From Fonticula alba ATCC 38817 (taxonomy: Eukaryota > Protista > Nucleariida): a stretch of 39,878 nucleotides of DNA. The notes under the pieces are model-generated. The model saw only the letters and a program-made list of their open reading frames with translations, ran no database searches and was not told the origin of the DNA. This document shows positions 9,552-20,818 of this stretch, one piece after another (positions within the stretch are counted from its first letter, which is position 1; each line of letters opens with the position of its first letter). The position numbers and the translations under genes are program-made. Where the stretch lies: the NCBI GenBank assembly GCA_000388065.2, contig KB932202.1. One strand, written 5' to 3'.

Positions 9552-12027
9552 GGAGGGAGGGGGCGGGAAAGGCGGAAGCAGACAAGGGGCGCGTGCGCGC
9601 GTGGGCGTGCGTGTGGAGAGAGAGAGAGAGAGGATGTGTGTGTGTGTGTGTGTGTGGGTAGGTGGATGCCGGAGGCTGAGGGGGGACAGAGAAACAGCCG
9701 GCCAGGGGGCCCGGATCAGCCCATGAGGCGGGAGCGGGGGAGGGAGAGAGAGAGAGAGAGAGAGAACGGGGGGAAGGGTAGCAGGCGCGGGCGAGGGGAG
9801 GGACGGGGGAGGGGGACGGAGATGCGTGTTGCAACGCCCGTCTCCGGGGGCGCCGGCCGGGCGAGCGTGGCGAGTTAAAAAAGTGAGCCCTCCCGGGCGC
9901 ACGAGAGAGGGGGGCCGCCGGGGCGCGAAGGGGGCAGGGCGAGCCGATCGGCCCCTGCCGCCGGTTTCCCCTCCAGGCGGCCGGATGGGGGAGATCGGCC
10001 AGACGCGTCAGAGGTCGGTCGGCCGTTTGTCCGCCGCTCGGGCCGGGCCTCACCCCCCTGGGGGGCCGGGCCAGGGCTGCAGGGCCACAGGCGCGACCCG
10101 AGCGCACGCCCGGCAGAGGGAGCCCGGTTCGCGGGGCGCCGGAATGCGGCCGCTGCTCGGGGCACGGCCGCAGGGGACCGCCGCCCGGGGATCGCCAACG
10201 GCCGCGGCCAGGGGTTCGGGCCGTGCGCCTCTCCCCCGGCAGGGGCCGGCCGGGGAAAGCCCGGGAGGAGAGACCTGTGGGAACGCCCGCCGCCCCCAAA
10301 GGGAGCCGGCGTCGGTGGGGAGTCCCCCCGGCGCCCCGTCGCCCCGCGCGCGCTCGCGGGGGGGGGGGGGGGGGGGCAGGAGCCGGCGGACGCCGCTCTG
10401 CCCGGCCGTCACCTGAGCCGCGAGCGGCCCTCCCCCGCACGCGCTGGGCCGACACATTCGGCGGCCGCCCGGCCGGCGTGTGGCACCTGAAGTGTCCGTG
10501 CGCGGTGCGAGGGGGGGACGACCGCACGCGGATGCTTGCGCGGCTCGCCAGCATCCAACGCACCCGGCCACGACTGCGCCCGGCTCGCACACCGGCCCCA
10601 GAGAGCGAGAGAGAGAGAGAGAGAGCCATGAAACACCCCTCGCCTGCGTGCGGAGACCTGTTTACGCGCCCGGTAGCCCCGGCGGCGGGACGCCCACATC
10701 GCCCTTGTCCGGGGAGAAAAGCCCGGGCCCGGCCCCGACACCGGCCGACCCGGCGGCGGATCTCGGCACCTTGCGCCGGGGGGCCCATGCGCCCGGACGC
10801 GGAGGGCCGACCGCAGCGAGGCCCCGGCGCCCGGCCGCCGCGCCGCAGCTGGGGCGCCCCATCCAGCCCAACGGCCGAGGGCCTGAGATGCCCCCCCCCC
10901 CTCGGCCTTCGCCGGCGCCGCCACCGCCAGCAGTGGCAGCGGCACCGCCAGCAGTGGAGCAGCGCAGCAGCAGGGCCCGGCGAACGGATGTGGCCCCGGC
11001 CCCTGTTCTCCGCCCCCCCCCCCCCCCCCCCGGGGGGGCCCGGGCCGGCGGAAACACGCTCGCACCCGCCTCGGCCGCGTTTTCACACGGGGCATTTTGG
11101 ACAGGAGCTACCGGAAGTCTGACCACCCCCAGGCCGCGTGACACTTCGCGCCCAAATCCCCGCAGCGCTGGCTATCACACACGCCCCCCCCCCGGGCGGG
11201 GCCACAACACCGGCCAACAGCCGGCGAAAACATCGGAGCCCCCCAAGGCTCCGCGAGGGGGGCGCCGGGCCGGGAGAGCGAGCAACACATGTGCGCGCGC
11301 CGCGGTCTCCCCCTGCTCCATCGAGCTGAGGCGCCCCGGGACTGGCGTGGGCGCCCGGCTGCCGGCCGATCTGGGCGCGCACGCGCGCTTGCCCGGCTGA
11401 CCGCTCCGCCCCAACACCGCCCACGCGCCGCCGGCCCCGGGCGCCATCTCCACGGGCGGGCGGGCGGGCCNNNNNNNNNNNNNNNNNNNNNNNNNNNNNN
11501 NNNNNNNNNNNNNNNNNNNNNNNNNNNNNNNNNNNNNNNNNNNNNNNNNNNNNNNNNNNNNNNNNNNNNNNNNNNNNNNNNNNNNNNNNNNNNNNNNNNN
11601 NNNNNNNNNNNNNNNNNNNNNNNNNNNNNNNNNNNNNNNNNNNNNNNNNNNNNNNNNNNNNNNNNNNNNNNNNNNNNNNNNNNNNNNNNNNNNNNNNNNN
11701 NNNNNNNNNNNNNNNNNNNNNNNNNNNNNNNNNNNNNNNNNNNNNNNNNNNNNNNNNNNNNNNNNNNNNNNNNNNNNNNNNNNNNNNNNNNNNNNNNNNN
11801 NNNNNNNNNNNNNNNNNNNNNNNNNNNNNNNNNNNNNNNNNNNNNNNNNNNNNNNNNNNNNNNNNNNNNNNNNNNNNNNNNNNNNNNNNNNNNNNNNNNN
11901 NNNNNCCCCCCCCCCCAAAAAAAAGCACGCACACACACACACATACACAACGCGACCGGGCGCGAACGCACGCGCACCCACACACATACCCATACACACA
12001 CACACACACACACACACACGGATAGCC

Positions 12028-13287
12028 ATGTCCCACAACGCCTCGCTGATGACCGGTCCGGCTGGCAATAAGGTCATCACGGCGGTCACCTACAACTCGG
12101 TGAACTCCCTGCCGCCGGCCAGCTCGGCCCCCTACCCGCCGGTCAGCTCGACCCCCTACCCGCCGGCCAGCTCGACCCCCTACCCGCCGGCCAGCTCAGC
12201 CCCCTACCCGCCGGCCGGCGGCACACCGCGGCCCGCCTCCGGGGCCTACTACTCCGCCCCCTCCGTGGGCCAGGCCAGCGCCCAGTACGCCAACCCCATG
12301 ACCCCCACCTCGTCCAATGTGTCGCAGGCCATCGACATCTCCCGGCAGATCGAGGCCCAAAAGCGCCAAACCCACCAGCGCAAGTGGATGGCCACCATCG
12401 GCCTGATGCTCTTCTTCCTCATGTGCATCGGGCTATGCTTCATCTTCGTGCCGATCCCCGGCGGCAAGAAGATCTACGTCCCGATGGGGTCACAAGTGCT
12501 GCACGACCGCCTCAATGGCCAGTTCATCCACTCGCTCTGGCTGCATGGGATCGAGCGCCCGGACCAGCAGGAGGTCGATGGCTACCTCTTCCCGGAGGAG
12601 CCGCAGCTCACCACCACCCGGGCATACAGCCTGACGCACTTCTACCGGCTGCCGGCCTACACCCACCAGGCCTTCGATGTCTTCCTGGCCGCCGGGTCCC
12701 ACATCAACCTCAGCGTCACCAACAACAGCCAGACCTCGGCCGTGGTGTACCTCATCCGCGGCGAGGCGGCCTACCACCGGTGGGTCACCTCCCGGACCCT
12801 GGTCGAGGCCGAGGTCATCCCGGTCCCCGGCGGCTCGCACATCACCCAGCGGCTGGCCATCCCCGAGTCCGACGACTATTACATTGTCTTCTACAATGAG
12901 GGCGGCATCGACATGGTCAGCTCCGCCGAGATGAAGGCCGACGTGGTGGCCCGCGTGTATGACCTGGCCCAGGCCAAGGCCTCCTGCACCGGGCCCCGGT
13001 GCTTCATGCTCCTGGAGTATGGCACCCGGCCGTACCTGGTCCTGCAGACCCCCCCGCGCCAGGGCGGCGGCTTCACGGTCAATGTCGACCAGCAGGCCCA
13101 CGCCTGGGCCTATGGCCTGCTGTATGGCAGCCTCATCGTCGGCATGGCCGCCTCCGTGCTGGCCAGCCGCGCCTACATCGTCCACCAGGGCAAGCTCCGG
13201 TGTGCCGAGCTCGATGAACTCCGCCGGCCCCTGATCGACAGCTCCACCACCGGCGGCGGGCTCCTCGGCCGGACGCACCGGCCCTGA
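12028..13287 (+). CDS. 419-aa two-TM membrane protein with an APD1-4 N/middle-like (formerly DUF4792/DUF4793) lumenal region and no RING finger
   Basis: Single ATG-TGA ORF with GC3-biased codons. There are hydrophobic segments WMATIGLMLFFLMCIGLCFIFV and WAYGLLYGSLIVGMAASVLA, and sequons NLS and NNS lie in the loop. The motifs YLFPEEPQL, FLAAGSHINLS, DDYYIVFYN, VYDLAQAKASC-x4-C and YLVLQTP occur in the order remembered for plant APD1-4 E3 ligases. No HMM search was run. Confidence 0.72.
   Translation: MSHNASLMTGPAGNKVITAVTYNSVNSLPPASSAPYPPVSSTPYPPASSTPYPPASSAPYPPAGGTPRPASGAYYSAPSVGQASAQYANPMTPTSSNVSQAIDISRQIEAQKRQTHQRKWMATIGLMLFFLMCIGLCFIFVPIPGGKKIYVPMGSQVLHDRLNGQFIHSLWLHGIERPDQQEVDGYLFPEEPQLTTTRAYSLTHFYRLPAYTHQAFDVFLAAGSHINLSVTNNSQTSAVVYLIRGEAAYHRWVTSRTLVEAEVIPVPGGSHITQRLAIPESDDYYIVFYNEGGIDMVSSAEMKADVVARVYDLAQAKASCTGPRCFMLLEYGTRPYLVLQTPPRQGGGFTVNVDQQAHAWAYGLLYGSLIVGMAASVLASRAYIVHQGKLRCAELDELRRPLIDSSTTGGGLLGRTHRP
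12112..12216 (+). repeat. Coding 24-bp tandem repeat, ~4.4 copies, encoding PP(A/V)SS(A/T)PY
   Basis: Units of CCGCCGGYCAGCTCRRCCCCCTAC start at 12112, 12136, 12160 and 12184, with a partial unit at 12208. Confidence 0.95.
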
Positions 13288-13426
13288 TGGGTGCCGGTGT
13301 CCGGGTGAGCCCGGTGCACGGGCTAGCCCCCTCCCCTCCCCCGCCCCTTCCTCCTCTCTTCGCCATCTCTTCACACTTGTGCCCCGACTAGCGCGGCAAT
13401 ATACACGGAATATCCTCCCCTCCCTC

Positions 13427-13459
<33 letters not shown>

Positions 13460-13530
13460 GGCAAGCCTTCGCTGTTGTGCCGCCTCCTCCCGTGCATGTG
13501 TGACCCCTTTGGCGTGCATATATGCCTGCC

Positions 13531-13564
<34 letters not shown>

Positions 13565-14742
13565 TTCGATCACAGTCCCTTCTCCCTGTGCCCAGCCCCG
13601 GCCCTGAGCCCGCGAAGCCCTGGACATGATGTGTGCACGCGTGTGGCTGCTGCCAGGGCAGGGAGATGTCCTGCTCCAGACACCTGCCCGGGCTGGAGAG
13701 ATCGCATGCACATGCATCGGCGGCGGTCTCCGCAGCCAGCGCTGTGAGGAGCGGGTGGAAGGCGATGCCCCGGCCGCACCGGAGCCACGGCGGTGGTCGG
13801 GGACCCGTATAATCGCACCTGCGGTGCCACCGAGAAAATGAAAGAGAGTGAGGGGGAGAGAGAGAGAGAGGGGGGGGGAGGGAAGAGAGAGGGGGGGAGG
13901 GAAGAGAGAGAGGGGAGGGAAGAGAGAGAGGGGGAGGGACAGAGAAAGAAGGAGAGACGGAAAGAGAGACAGAGACAGAGAAAGAGTCAGAGAAAGAGAC
14001 AGAGACAGAGAAAGAGACACAGACAGGGACACACGATTCTGGTGCGGCTCGAGCGTATCGCCGCTGGCCCCGCTCCCCGCCTGGGTCAACCGGCATCCCG
14101 GGGAACCACCAACGGGCGCGGAGATAGGGCGAAAATGTGATAGATCCGGTTCTGGAGCTCCTCTGTATTTCCACAGGTGCGCGTGATCAGCTTCCCACGT
14201 GTACCCCATAGCCCACAGGGATGATGCCAATCTCCCACCCCGCCCCCTGCCGGGTGGTCGCCTCGCGGAACATGGGGCGGGGGGGGGGGGGGGGGGGCAG
14301 CCCCGCACAGTCCTGCAGGGCCGCAGCCCGAACCGCGCGCGCGCGTGCCCGCACGGGCCTTCTCCCTCCCCGCGGCCGAGGCGGGCCTCTTTTTCCGGCG
14401 CGACGAGGGGCGCAGGATCTCGGCCGCCCCTCCGGACCAGCTGCCAGGGGCCCGGTGACATGGCTCCCAGTGCCCTCGCTGCTCGGGCATCCCCAGCGGC
14501 GAGGAGTACAGTGGGGCAGGCCCACGCCCGGGTGGGTGGGGGGGGGGGGCGGGCCGCGGCCGCGGCCGGGGCCGATACGCTCCTGGTGCTGCGCCACGCT
14601 CCACAGTCTGCCGGAACCCGTGTCGCCCCCTCTCTTGGCGGAGCTGCGCTTCCTTTCCTGGGCCGGCCATGGATCAGCATTCCAAATGTCGGGATATCCC
14701 CGCGGTGCGGGGCTGGCATGCTGCCCCGCGCAGCCCCGCCGC

Positions 14743-15006
14743 CGGTCGGCCCACAGGCCCTCCTGCACCATACCCCCTTGCACTGGTGGGAGGGGAAGCC
14801 GGCGAGAGAAGCCGGCTGCGCAGGACGCCTCGCTCGTAGGCTTTCNNNNNNNNNNNNNNNNNNNNNNNNNNNNNNNNNNNNNNNNNNNNNNNNNNNNNNN
14901 NNNNNNNNCGGTCGGCCCACAGGCCCTCCTGCACCATACCCCCTTGCACTGGTGGGAGGGGAAGCCGGCGAGAGAAGCCGGCTGCGCAGGACGCCTCGCT
15001 CGTAGG
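14743..15006. repeat. 98-bp exact direct repeat flanking gap 14846-14908 (probable contig-overlap artefact)
   Basis: 14743-14840 is identical to 14909-15006, and the second copy starts immediately at the gap edge. Confidence 0.85.
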
Positions 15007-15155
15007 TGGGACCCCTTTTCCCCGCCCGGAGCAGACCATTCTTTGGAACTGCTCAGCCATCGCCGTCGCCGCCGCCGCCGCCGCCTCGCCTCCTGCTCGC
15101 GCCCCGCCTGCCCATGGTCCAGAGTGCAAGGGCCGCAGCCGGGCCCCGGCGGGCA

Positions 15156-15550
15156 GATGGCCCGATGCACAGCCCGAGGCCCAAAGCGTCCGGGAGCGCG
15201 TCAGATCAGCAGCGACCGCCGCCCGCCCCGGGCCCGGCACCGCCCATGTCCCAGCCATACCGCGAGCTCGCACCGGCTGGACCACGGCACTTGTCGAAAA
15301 AAAAGAATAATGTACGGCCCGGCGCCGCCCCCCTGTTGCAGATAGATCGGAAGAGCGTCGTGGATGGCCCGATGCACAGCCCGAGGCCCAAAGCGTCCGG
15401 GAGCGCGTCAGATCAGCAGCGACCGCCGCCCGCCCCGGGCCCGGCACCGCCCATGTCCCAGCCATACCGCGAGCTCGCACCGGCTGGACCACGGCACTTG
15501 TCGAAAAAAAAGAATAATGTACGGCCCGGCGCCGCCCCCCTGTTGCAGAT
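15156..15550. repeat. 188-bp exact tandem duplication separated by a 19-nt Illumina adapter (artefact)
   Basis: 15156-15343 equals 15363-15550. The spacer 15344-15362 is AGATCGGAAGAGCGTCGTG. Confidence 0.93.
15344..15362 (+). other. Illumina TruSeq adapter contamination
   Basis: Exact 19-nt match to the start of the standard adapter read-through sequence AGATCGGAAGAGCGTCGTGTAGGG... Confidence 0.95.
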
Positions 15551-15864
15551 GGCCCTCGCCTGGGTGCACTGCCCCGGGCGGCGCCAGCTCCCGCGCCCAC
15601 GGATCGGTGGCGACGCACCGATGGAAAGAAAGTCGCTGCACCCGTGCCCGGCAAATGCCCCTGCGGGCGCGACCCGGTACACACGTCCGGCCGCTGTGAG
15701 AGGGGAAACGGGCGGATGGGGCGGGAGGGGGAGGCCGGCACCCCGGCGGAGCGCCCGCCGGCAAAGCCCCACCGCCCTTGCACGCGCGCACACAGGCACA
15801 CGCTCCCCTCGACCCTACCCCCGCCCTCGGGTCCCCGGTGAGTGCCATGTCCGGGTGAGTGCGC

Positions 15865-15985
15865 CCCCCCCCCCCCCCCTCCCCCCGCCCCCCCCCCCCC
15901 CCCACCCCCCCCCCCCCCCCGGGCCCCCGGGGGGGCCCCGGCCGGGGGGGGGCCCCCCCCCCCCCCCCCTCCCCCCGCTCCCCCG
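15865..15985. repeat. Degenerate poly-C/poly-G tract (G-quadruplex/i-motif-capable, or low-quality base calls)
   Basis: About 120 nt of almost only C and G runs, ~100 nt upstream of the putative TATA box. Confidence 0.7.
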
Positions 15986-16088
15986 CGTGAAACTCGCCCG
16001 CGCGCCTGCCTCACCGGCTCGTGGGCTTGATTGTGGGGGAGAGATTTAAATGGCCAGCTCGAGCGCCAGGCTAGGGGAGAGCCCCGGG

Positions 16089-16123
16089 TATAAGCTCTTC
16101 TGCCATTTGCTGAGCAATCACTT
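16089..16123 (+). promoter_or_regulatory. Putative TATA box (TATAAG, 16089) plus initiator (TCACTT, +1 A at 16120) for the Tvp15-like gene; possible 5' UTR intron 16187-16448
   Basis: TATA-to-Inr spacing is 31 nt within an AT-richer island. Downstream are a GTACGG donor (16187), a CTGAC branch (16403) and a CAG acceptor (16446-16448) before the ATG at 16474. Confidence 0.4.
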
Positions 16124-16219
16124 GAGCTCCTTTGTCCCCCTCCCTCGCCCTTTGCACTCTCGCTTCGCCCGCGTCTCTTTGCGTCCGTACGGCCGTCACC
16201 CCCCGCCCCCCTCGCCCCG

Positions 16220-16251
<32 letters not shown>

Positions 16252-16473
16252 CCGCGTCCGCCTGTGTGCCCCGCGCGGGCGTGCCCCTACGTTTGCCCAT
16301 CACCCCGCTGTCGCGTCCGCCCTGCGCGCGCAATCACACACACACGCACACACATATATCGCCCCCTCTTCCCTCCGCCCCTCCCCCTGTGCCCGTCAAC
16401 GACTGACCTCGGCTCGTGGATGCCCGGGGCCGCGCGCGGCGCGCCCAGCCGCCCCATCCCGCCTGAAGCCAGC

Positions 16474-17044
16474 ATGTCCATCACGTCGCTATTCTTCAGT
16501 GTCCTGGCCGTGGCCATGGCCGGCCTTGGTCTCGCCGGTGGCATCGTCAAGGCCATCGATGGTGCCGACAACGACCGCGGCTACTCGCAGGTCATCATCG
16601 GTGTGGTGATTTGGTACGCACGCGCGCACGCACGCCCTCCTCATGTGTGCCTGCGCGCCCGGTCCCCGACCGTGGGCCTGCTGCCCTGCTAACCGCTTTG
16701 ACTGCCTGCCTCGCCGCGCACACACCCTACCTTCCGTGGCCGACCCCCTCCCCCCCCCCCCCCCCACCCCGCCCCCTCGCAGTATCATCTGCCTATTCCA
16801 TGCATTGGTAGAAATCTACCAAATGCAATGGGTGAAGAAGTACTTCACCTTCCTGACCTCCACCTGGTGGGGGAAGGGCATCCTCATCACCATGTGCGTG
16901 CCTCCGGTCGAAGGAGGACCCCGATGGGGAGTCACCAGCACTCGCCTCCTTGCCACGCCGCCACTTGCCGCCTCGGCTGCTGACACCGCCTCCCCGACCA
17001 CCGATGGCCGGGCTGCCGTCCCCTCCGCCTATCCTACACACACG

Positions 17045-17089
<45 letters not shown>

Positions 17090-17222
17090 GTACGGTCTGC
17101 TGATCTTGGATCGTCCCAAGTACACGTTCACTTTCGTGGCAGGGATCATTCTCATCGTGGCCGGCATTGTGTATGGTCTGCTCGCCTTCACGAAGGTCGA
17201 CAAGCCGGATGCCATCATCTGA
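16474..17222 (+). CDS. Tvp15/COPI-associated-family small multi-pass Golgi membrane protein, 127 aa; exons 16474-16613, 16783-16893, 17090-17222
   Basis: Splicing at GTACGC..CAG and GTGCGT..CAG gives MSITSLFFSVLAVAMAGLGLAGGIVKAIDGADNDRGYSQVIIGVVICIICLFHALVEIYQMQWVKKYFTFLTSTWWGKGILITMYGLLILDRPKYTFTFVAGIILIVAGIVYGLLAFTKVDKPDAII*. It has four hydrophobic segments and the YF.FL....G[KR]G motif of COPI_assoc proteins. Confidence 0.78.
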
Positions 17223-18070
17223 GCCAAAGAAAGGGAGAGCGAGAGAGCACCGTGCGGTGCGTGCGCCCCGAGCACAGCAGCGCATGGTGCAGCAGGGCGA
17301 GCGGACACCGTCTGTGCGTGGGTGCGCGCGCGCGCGCGCTCGCCACCGCCCTCTCGGCCCGCCCCCGCGCCCTGCCTCTCGCGCCCGCGCCCGGGCTTTG
17401 GTGTATCCTCTGGCAGACGCGCCCTCGCGCACGCGCCTTCCCCCCCTGTATGCGCGGGCGCGTGAGTGTCTGCCATGACGAATGTCGTGTCCCCTCGCGC
17501 CTCTCTTTTTGCGTGCGAGTCGATAAAAAAGAGCGAGAAACCGGCCCCAGCCACACACCCCCCCCCCCTTCCCCCAGGCCACCGCCCCCCTTGCTGTTCC
17601 CCCGTGTTTGGAGATGCGCGCGAGCGGGGTTGAGCCGCGCGCAGATGCGCGATCGGCGGGGGCCGAAGGGCCCCCAACAGCCCAGCCTCCTCGCCCTTGG
17701 TTATGGGTGTCCCCTTCGTTGTGATGTGCCTCCCCCCCCCCTCCCCCTGTCCCGCTCCGCTCATCCTCCCGCAGATGATGCCCCCGCGCGCGCGCGCGCA
17801 TCGCGTCAGCGCACGCCGCGGCGCACCTCCTTGTCCGTTCCCCAGCCCCAGCAACTGCCCTTTTTTTCTTCTGCGGACGTGGTGTGCATGCAGCCTGCCA
17901 GCGCAGAGAGAGACCGATGCAGCGCCCCGGGGGAAGGCGAGGGAGCGAGTGGCGGACAGAGGAGCGGCGCGCAATGGAGACTCGGTTAAGATCGGCGACT
18001 CTGTTAAGGGCCCAGTAAAGGCGGCCACAGGAGTGTGGCCGCGTGAGTGCGCGTGTACGCGTGTGTGTGC

Positions 18071-18102
<32 letters not shown>

Positions 18103-18625
18103 GCCGCGGTGCTTGTGCGCGCGCGCGCGCCGCCCTCGGCACACACATAGCCCAGCACGCTGGCGCACGCGCGCGCCACACCGCCGCGTCCATAAATACA
18201 AAGCGTTCTCAATGTCCACTGAGGGGAGGAGGCCGGCCCAGCAGCCCGTCTGGGGGGGGGNNNNNNNNNNNNNNNNNNNNNNNNNNNNNNNNNNNNNNNN
18301 NNNNNNNNNNNNNNNNNNNNNNNNNNNNNNNNNNNNNNNNNNNNNNNNNNNNNNNNNNNNNNNNNNNNNNNNNNNNNNNNNNNNNNNNNNGGGGGGGGGG
18401 GGGGGGGGGTCGAATACATGGGGCCAGTGTACCGTGCGTCGTGTCGGTCTCTGGGGCGTATCCTGCCCCCGGGCGAAGGGCCCCGGCCCGGGGGCGGCCA
18501 GTGCAGGAGGAGAGCAGCCTGGGCAGAGGATGCCCCAGAGACCGCGGCTCGAGCGCAGCGGCTGCCGGCCGGGACGGGTCACGTGCGGCGTCCGGGCCCA
18601 GTTTCATGTGGCGCGCGGACCGGCC

Positions 18626-18628
<3 letters not shown>

Positions 18629-18676
<48 letters not shown>
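18629..18676. repeat. (CCG)~16 trinucleotide microsatellite, non-coding
   Basis: Perfect ccg run read directly from the sequence. Confidence 0.9.
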
Positions 18677-19935
18677 ATAGGGCGAGGGGTGGGGGCACCC
18701 CGGGCCGGGGGGCGGACTGGCAAATTATTGATTCAAGTGACTGGCCGCCCGGAGCGTGGGTCCGTTGATAGGGACGCCGGCCGGGTGGCGAGATGGGATC
18801 GACCCGCCGCGAGGGGGTTCGGGCTGCCAGCGTGCAAACAATCCTGAGAACGCGCTGGCCGCGCGGCAGCTGGTCCCGCCGTGTGGCGCTCTATAGCGGC
18901 CCGAGCTGCCTGGTGTCCGGCCTCGCCCGGGCCCGGCCGACCGGGACCGGAGGGGGGGGGGGGGGAGGCCGTGCGCGCACAGGCCGGCCCGCCTTCACCG
19001 GCGGCGGGCCCCTCCGGCCGGCGGATGCTGGGCCCGATGCGCCAAGACCGCCGGCCCGATGCCAAGATATTGCCCAGCGTCGGCGGCCGACGGCCGGAGC
19101 GCCGGCGCCGGCACGCCGCCCCCGGCGGATGTTCGCCCGCCGGACATGCCCCATGTGCGCGGGCCGAGCCGGTCTCACCGGCGCCCCGGTGCCCGGGGCC
19201 ACTCCTGCCCAGGACCCGAGGGCCCGAGCGGCCGGCGGGGAGCAGCCCGCAGGGGGGGGAGGGGGCGGCGTCGGCCCGCGGCTGACAAACAAAGGCCCCC
19301 GCCGGCCGGGGCCCGAGGGGGGCGGGGGTCGGCCCGCGCCGATTCCATCCGCCGGGACCCGCGCGGCCCAGGGGGAGAGGGCACGCGTGGCGGCGAGTCC
19401 GGGCGCGGCCTCCGCCCAGGGGGGGGGACGCCGCACCGCCGGCGCCTCACGCCCGCGTTCGCACGGGTCCGCGCAAACAATCGGCGCCGGGAGTTCTGCC
19501 CCCGGGCTGGAGTTCGCCCAAGAGCCCCCTCTTCCCCGCGCCCCCGGCCGCCGACTCATCGCTGGGCAACGCCGCCGCCGGGGCACATTGCTGGCGGCCA
19601 TTCTCCCGGTCGATCCCGGCGCCCGGGGCGGCCCGCACCGCCCGGCGTCAGGGCCGCACGCGCACGCGCGCGCGCACGAGCACACACAGACACCCCCCCG
19701 GGCCGCCTGCATGGGCGCCTGCCCCCGGGACGCGCGGCCGGCCCCTCCCCGCCGCCACGGCCGGGGGCGTCCCCCCCCCCCCCCCTGCGCCTGCTTCCCC
19801 TCGCCGGCCCCTCGCTGGGCTGAATTCCTGGGCAGCCATTTATTGTCCTGCCAAGGAATTCCTTTGTCCTGTGCCGGGGTCGCTTCCCTGGCCCCCAGCC
19901 GGAGGGGGCGGCGGGGTGCGTCTGTGTGAGGCCTG

Positions 19936-19966
<31 letters not shown>

Positions 19967-20785
19967 ATGGGGCGCGCCTTCGCCAGGCCGAGGGCACACA
20001 TGTGGCCAAGATATGAGGCGGATATATTTATTCGGCCTTTCCGGTGCTCCGCTCGCCACGGGAGAACACCCCGCGGACGCACCAGCGACACCGTCGCCAG
20101 CCTGTACTCCTCGCGGGCGCTGTCTCCGCACGGCCGGGGCCGGGCCCGGTGGTCGCCCCCGGCCTGCTCCCCCCTCCCCCAAAGCCGGCGGCGATGGCGT
20201 GCGGACGCCGGCCACAGCACCACCCCTGTGGGCCCCTCCAAACAAACAAAATAGACACACCGTACCTTCGGCCGACGTCGCGGAGGAAGCACGTCGCCAA
20301 CTGCGAGGGCCTCCTCCTGCCCCCCGCCCCCTCCCCCGGCGCCTTGCCCTGGCCCTCCACCTCCCCCTGTGCGCCATGCAGTGCAAGCCCGGTCCAAGGC
20401 GCGCGCGCGCGCGGCAACAGCAGCCAGCGTACAGACACACGGACACCGCGAGCCATGTCCCTCACCGATAGCCACGCTGGCATGCATGCAGCGTCGTTGC
20501 GAAACACGGCCCTCTGCTTACAGGGGGGCCACACCGGCGTGCGGGGGAGGGGGGGGAGGGGGGGGTGCAGGCACCGAGGGTGTATTGGGGCGCCGAAGCA
20601 CGCGAGGTGAAACACGCGTGGGGGGGGGGGGGGGGCGGGGTACGGAAAGGGGGAAACCCACAAGGACACACACATACACACAGACACGCGTACAGCCCTC
20701 CGCTCTAAGGTATCTCTCTGGGACTCGGTCAACAGGCGCACGCCCCCCACGCGCCCAGCATGCCGGCCAACATCGGGCACGGGGG

Positions 20786-20818
<33 letters not shown>

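Noticed and set aside
7684-10788. 1,034-aa ORF and other ORFs containing long X runs (e.g. 23787-26423, 11083-12036)
   Set aside because: They are open only because they cross N-gaps and microsatellites. Only 8726-8506 is supported as coding.
11110-11118. ACCGGAAGT, a perfect ETS/GABP-type motif in the divergent promoter region
   Set aside because: A single 9-mer; ETS factors are regarded as animal-specific and nothing else here suggests an animal genome.
12112-12260. Nedd4/Rsp5-binding PPxY motifs in the APD-like N-terminus
   Set aside because: The repeat reads S(A/T)PYPP, and no [LP]PxY match is present.
14743-15006. 98-bp direct repeat as a mobile-element terminus
   Set aside because: The identical copies abut an N-gap, typical of unmerged contig overlap.
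15156-15550. Repeat-spacer-repeat resembling a CRISPR unit, LTR pair or insertion with TSD
   Set aside because: The spacer is an Illumina adapter, so this is an assembly artefact.
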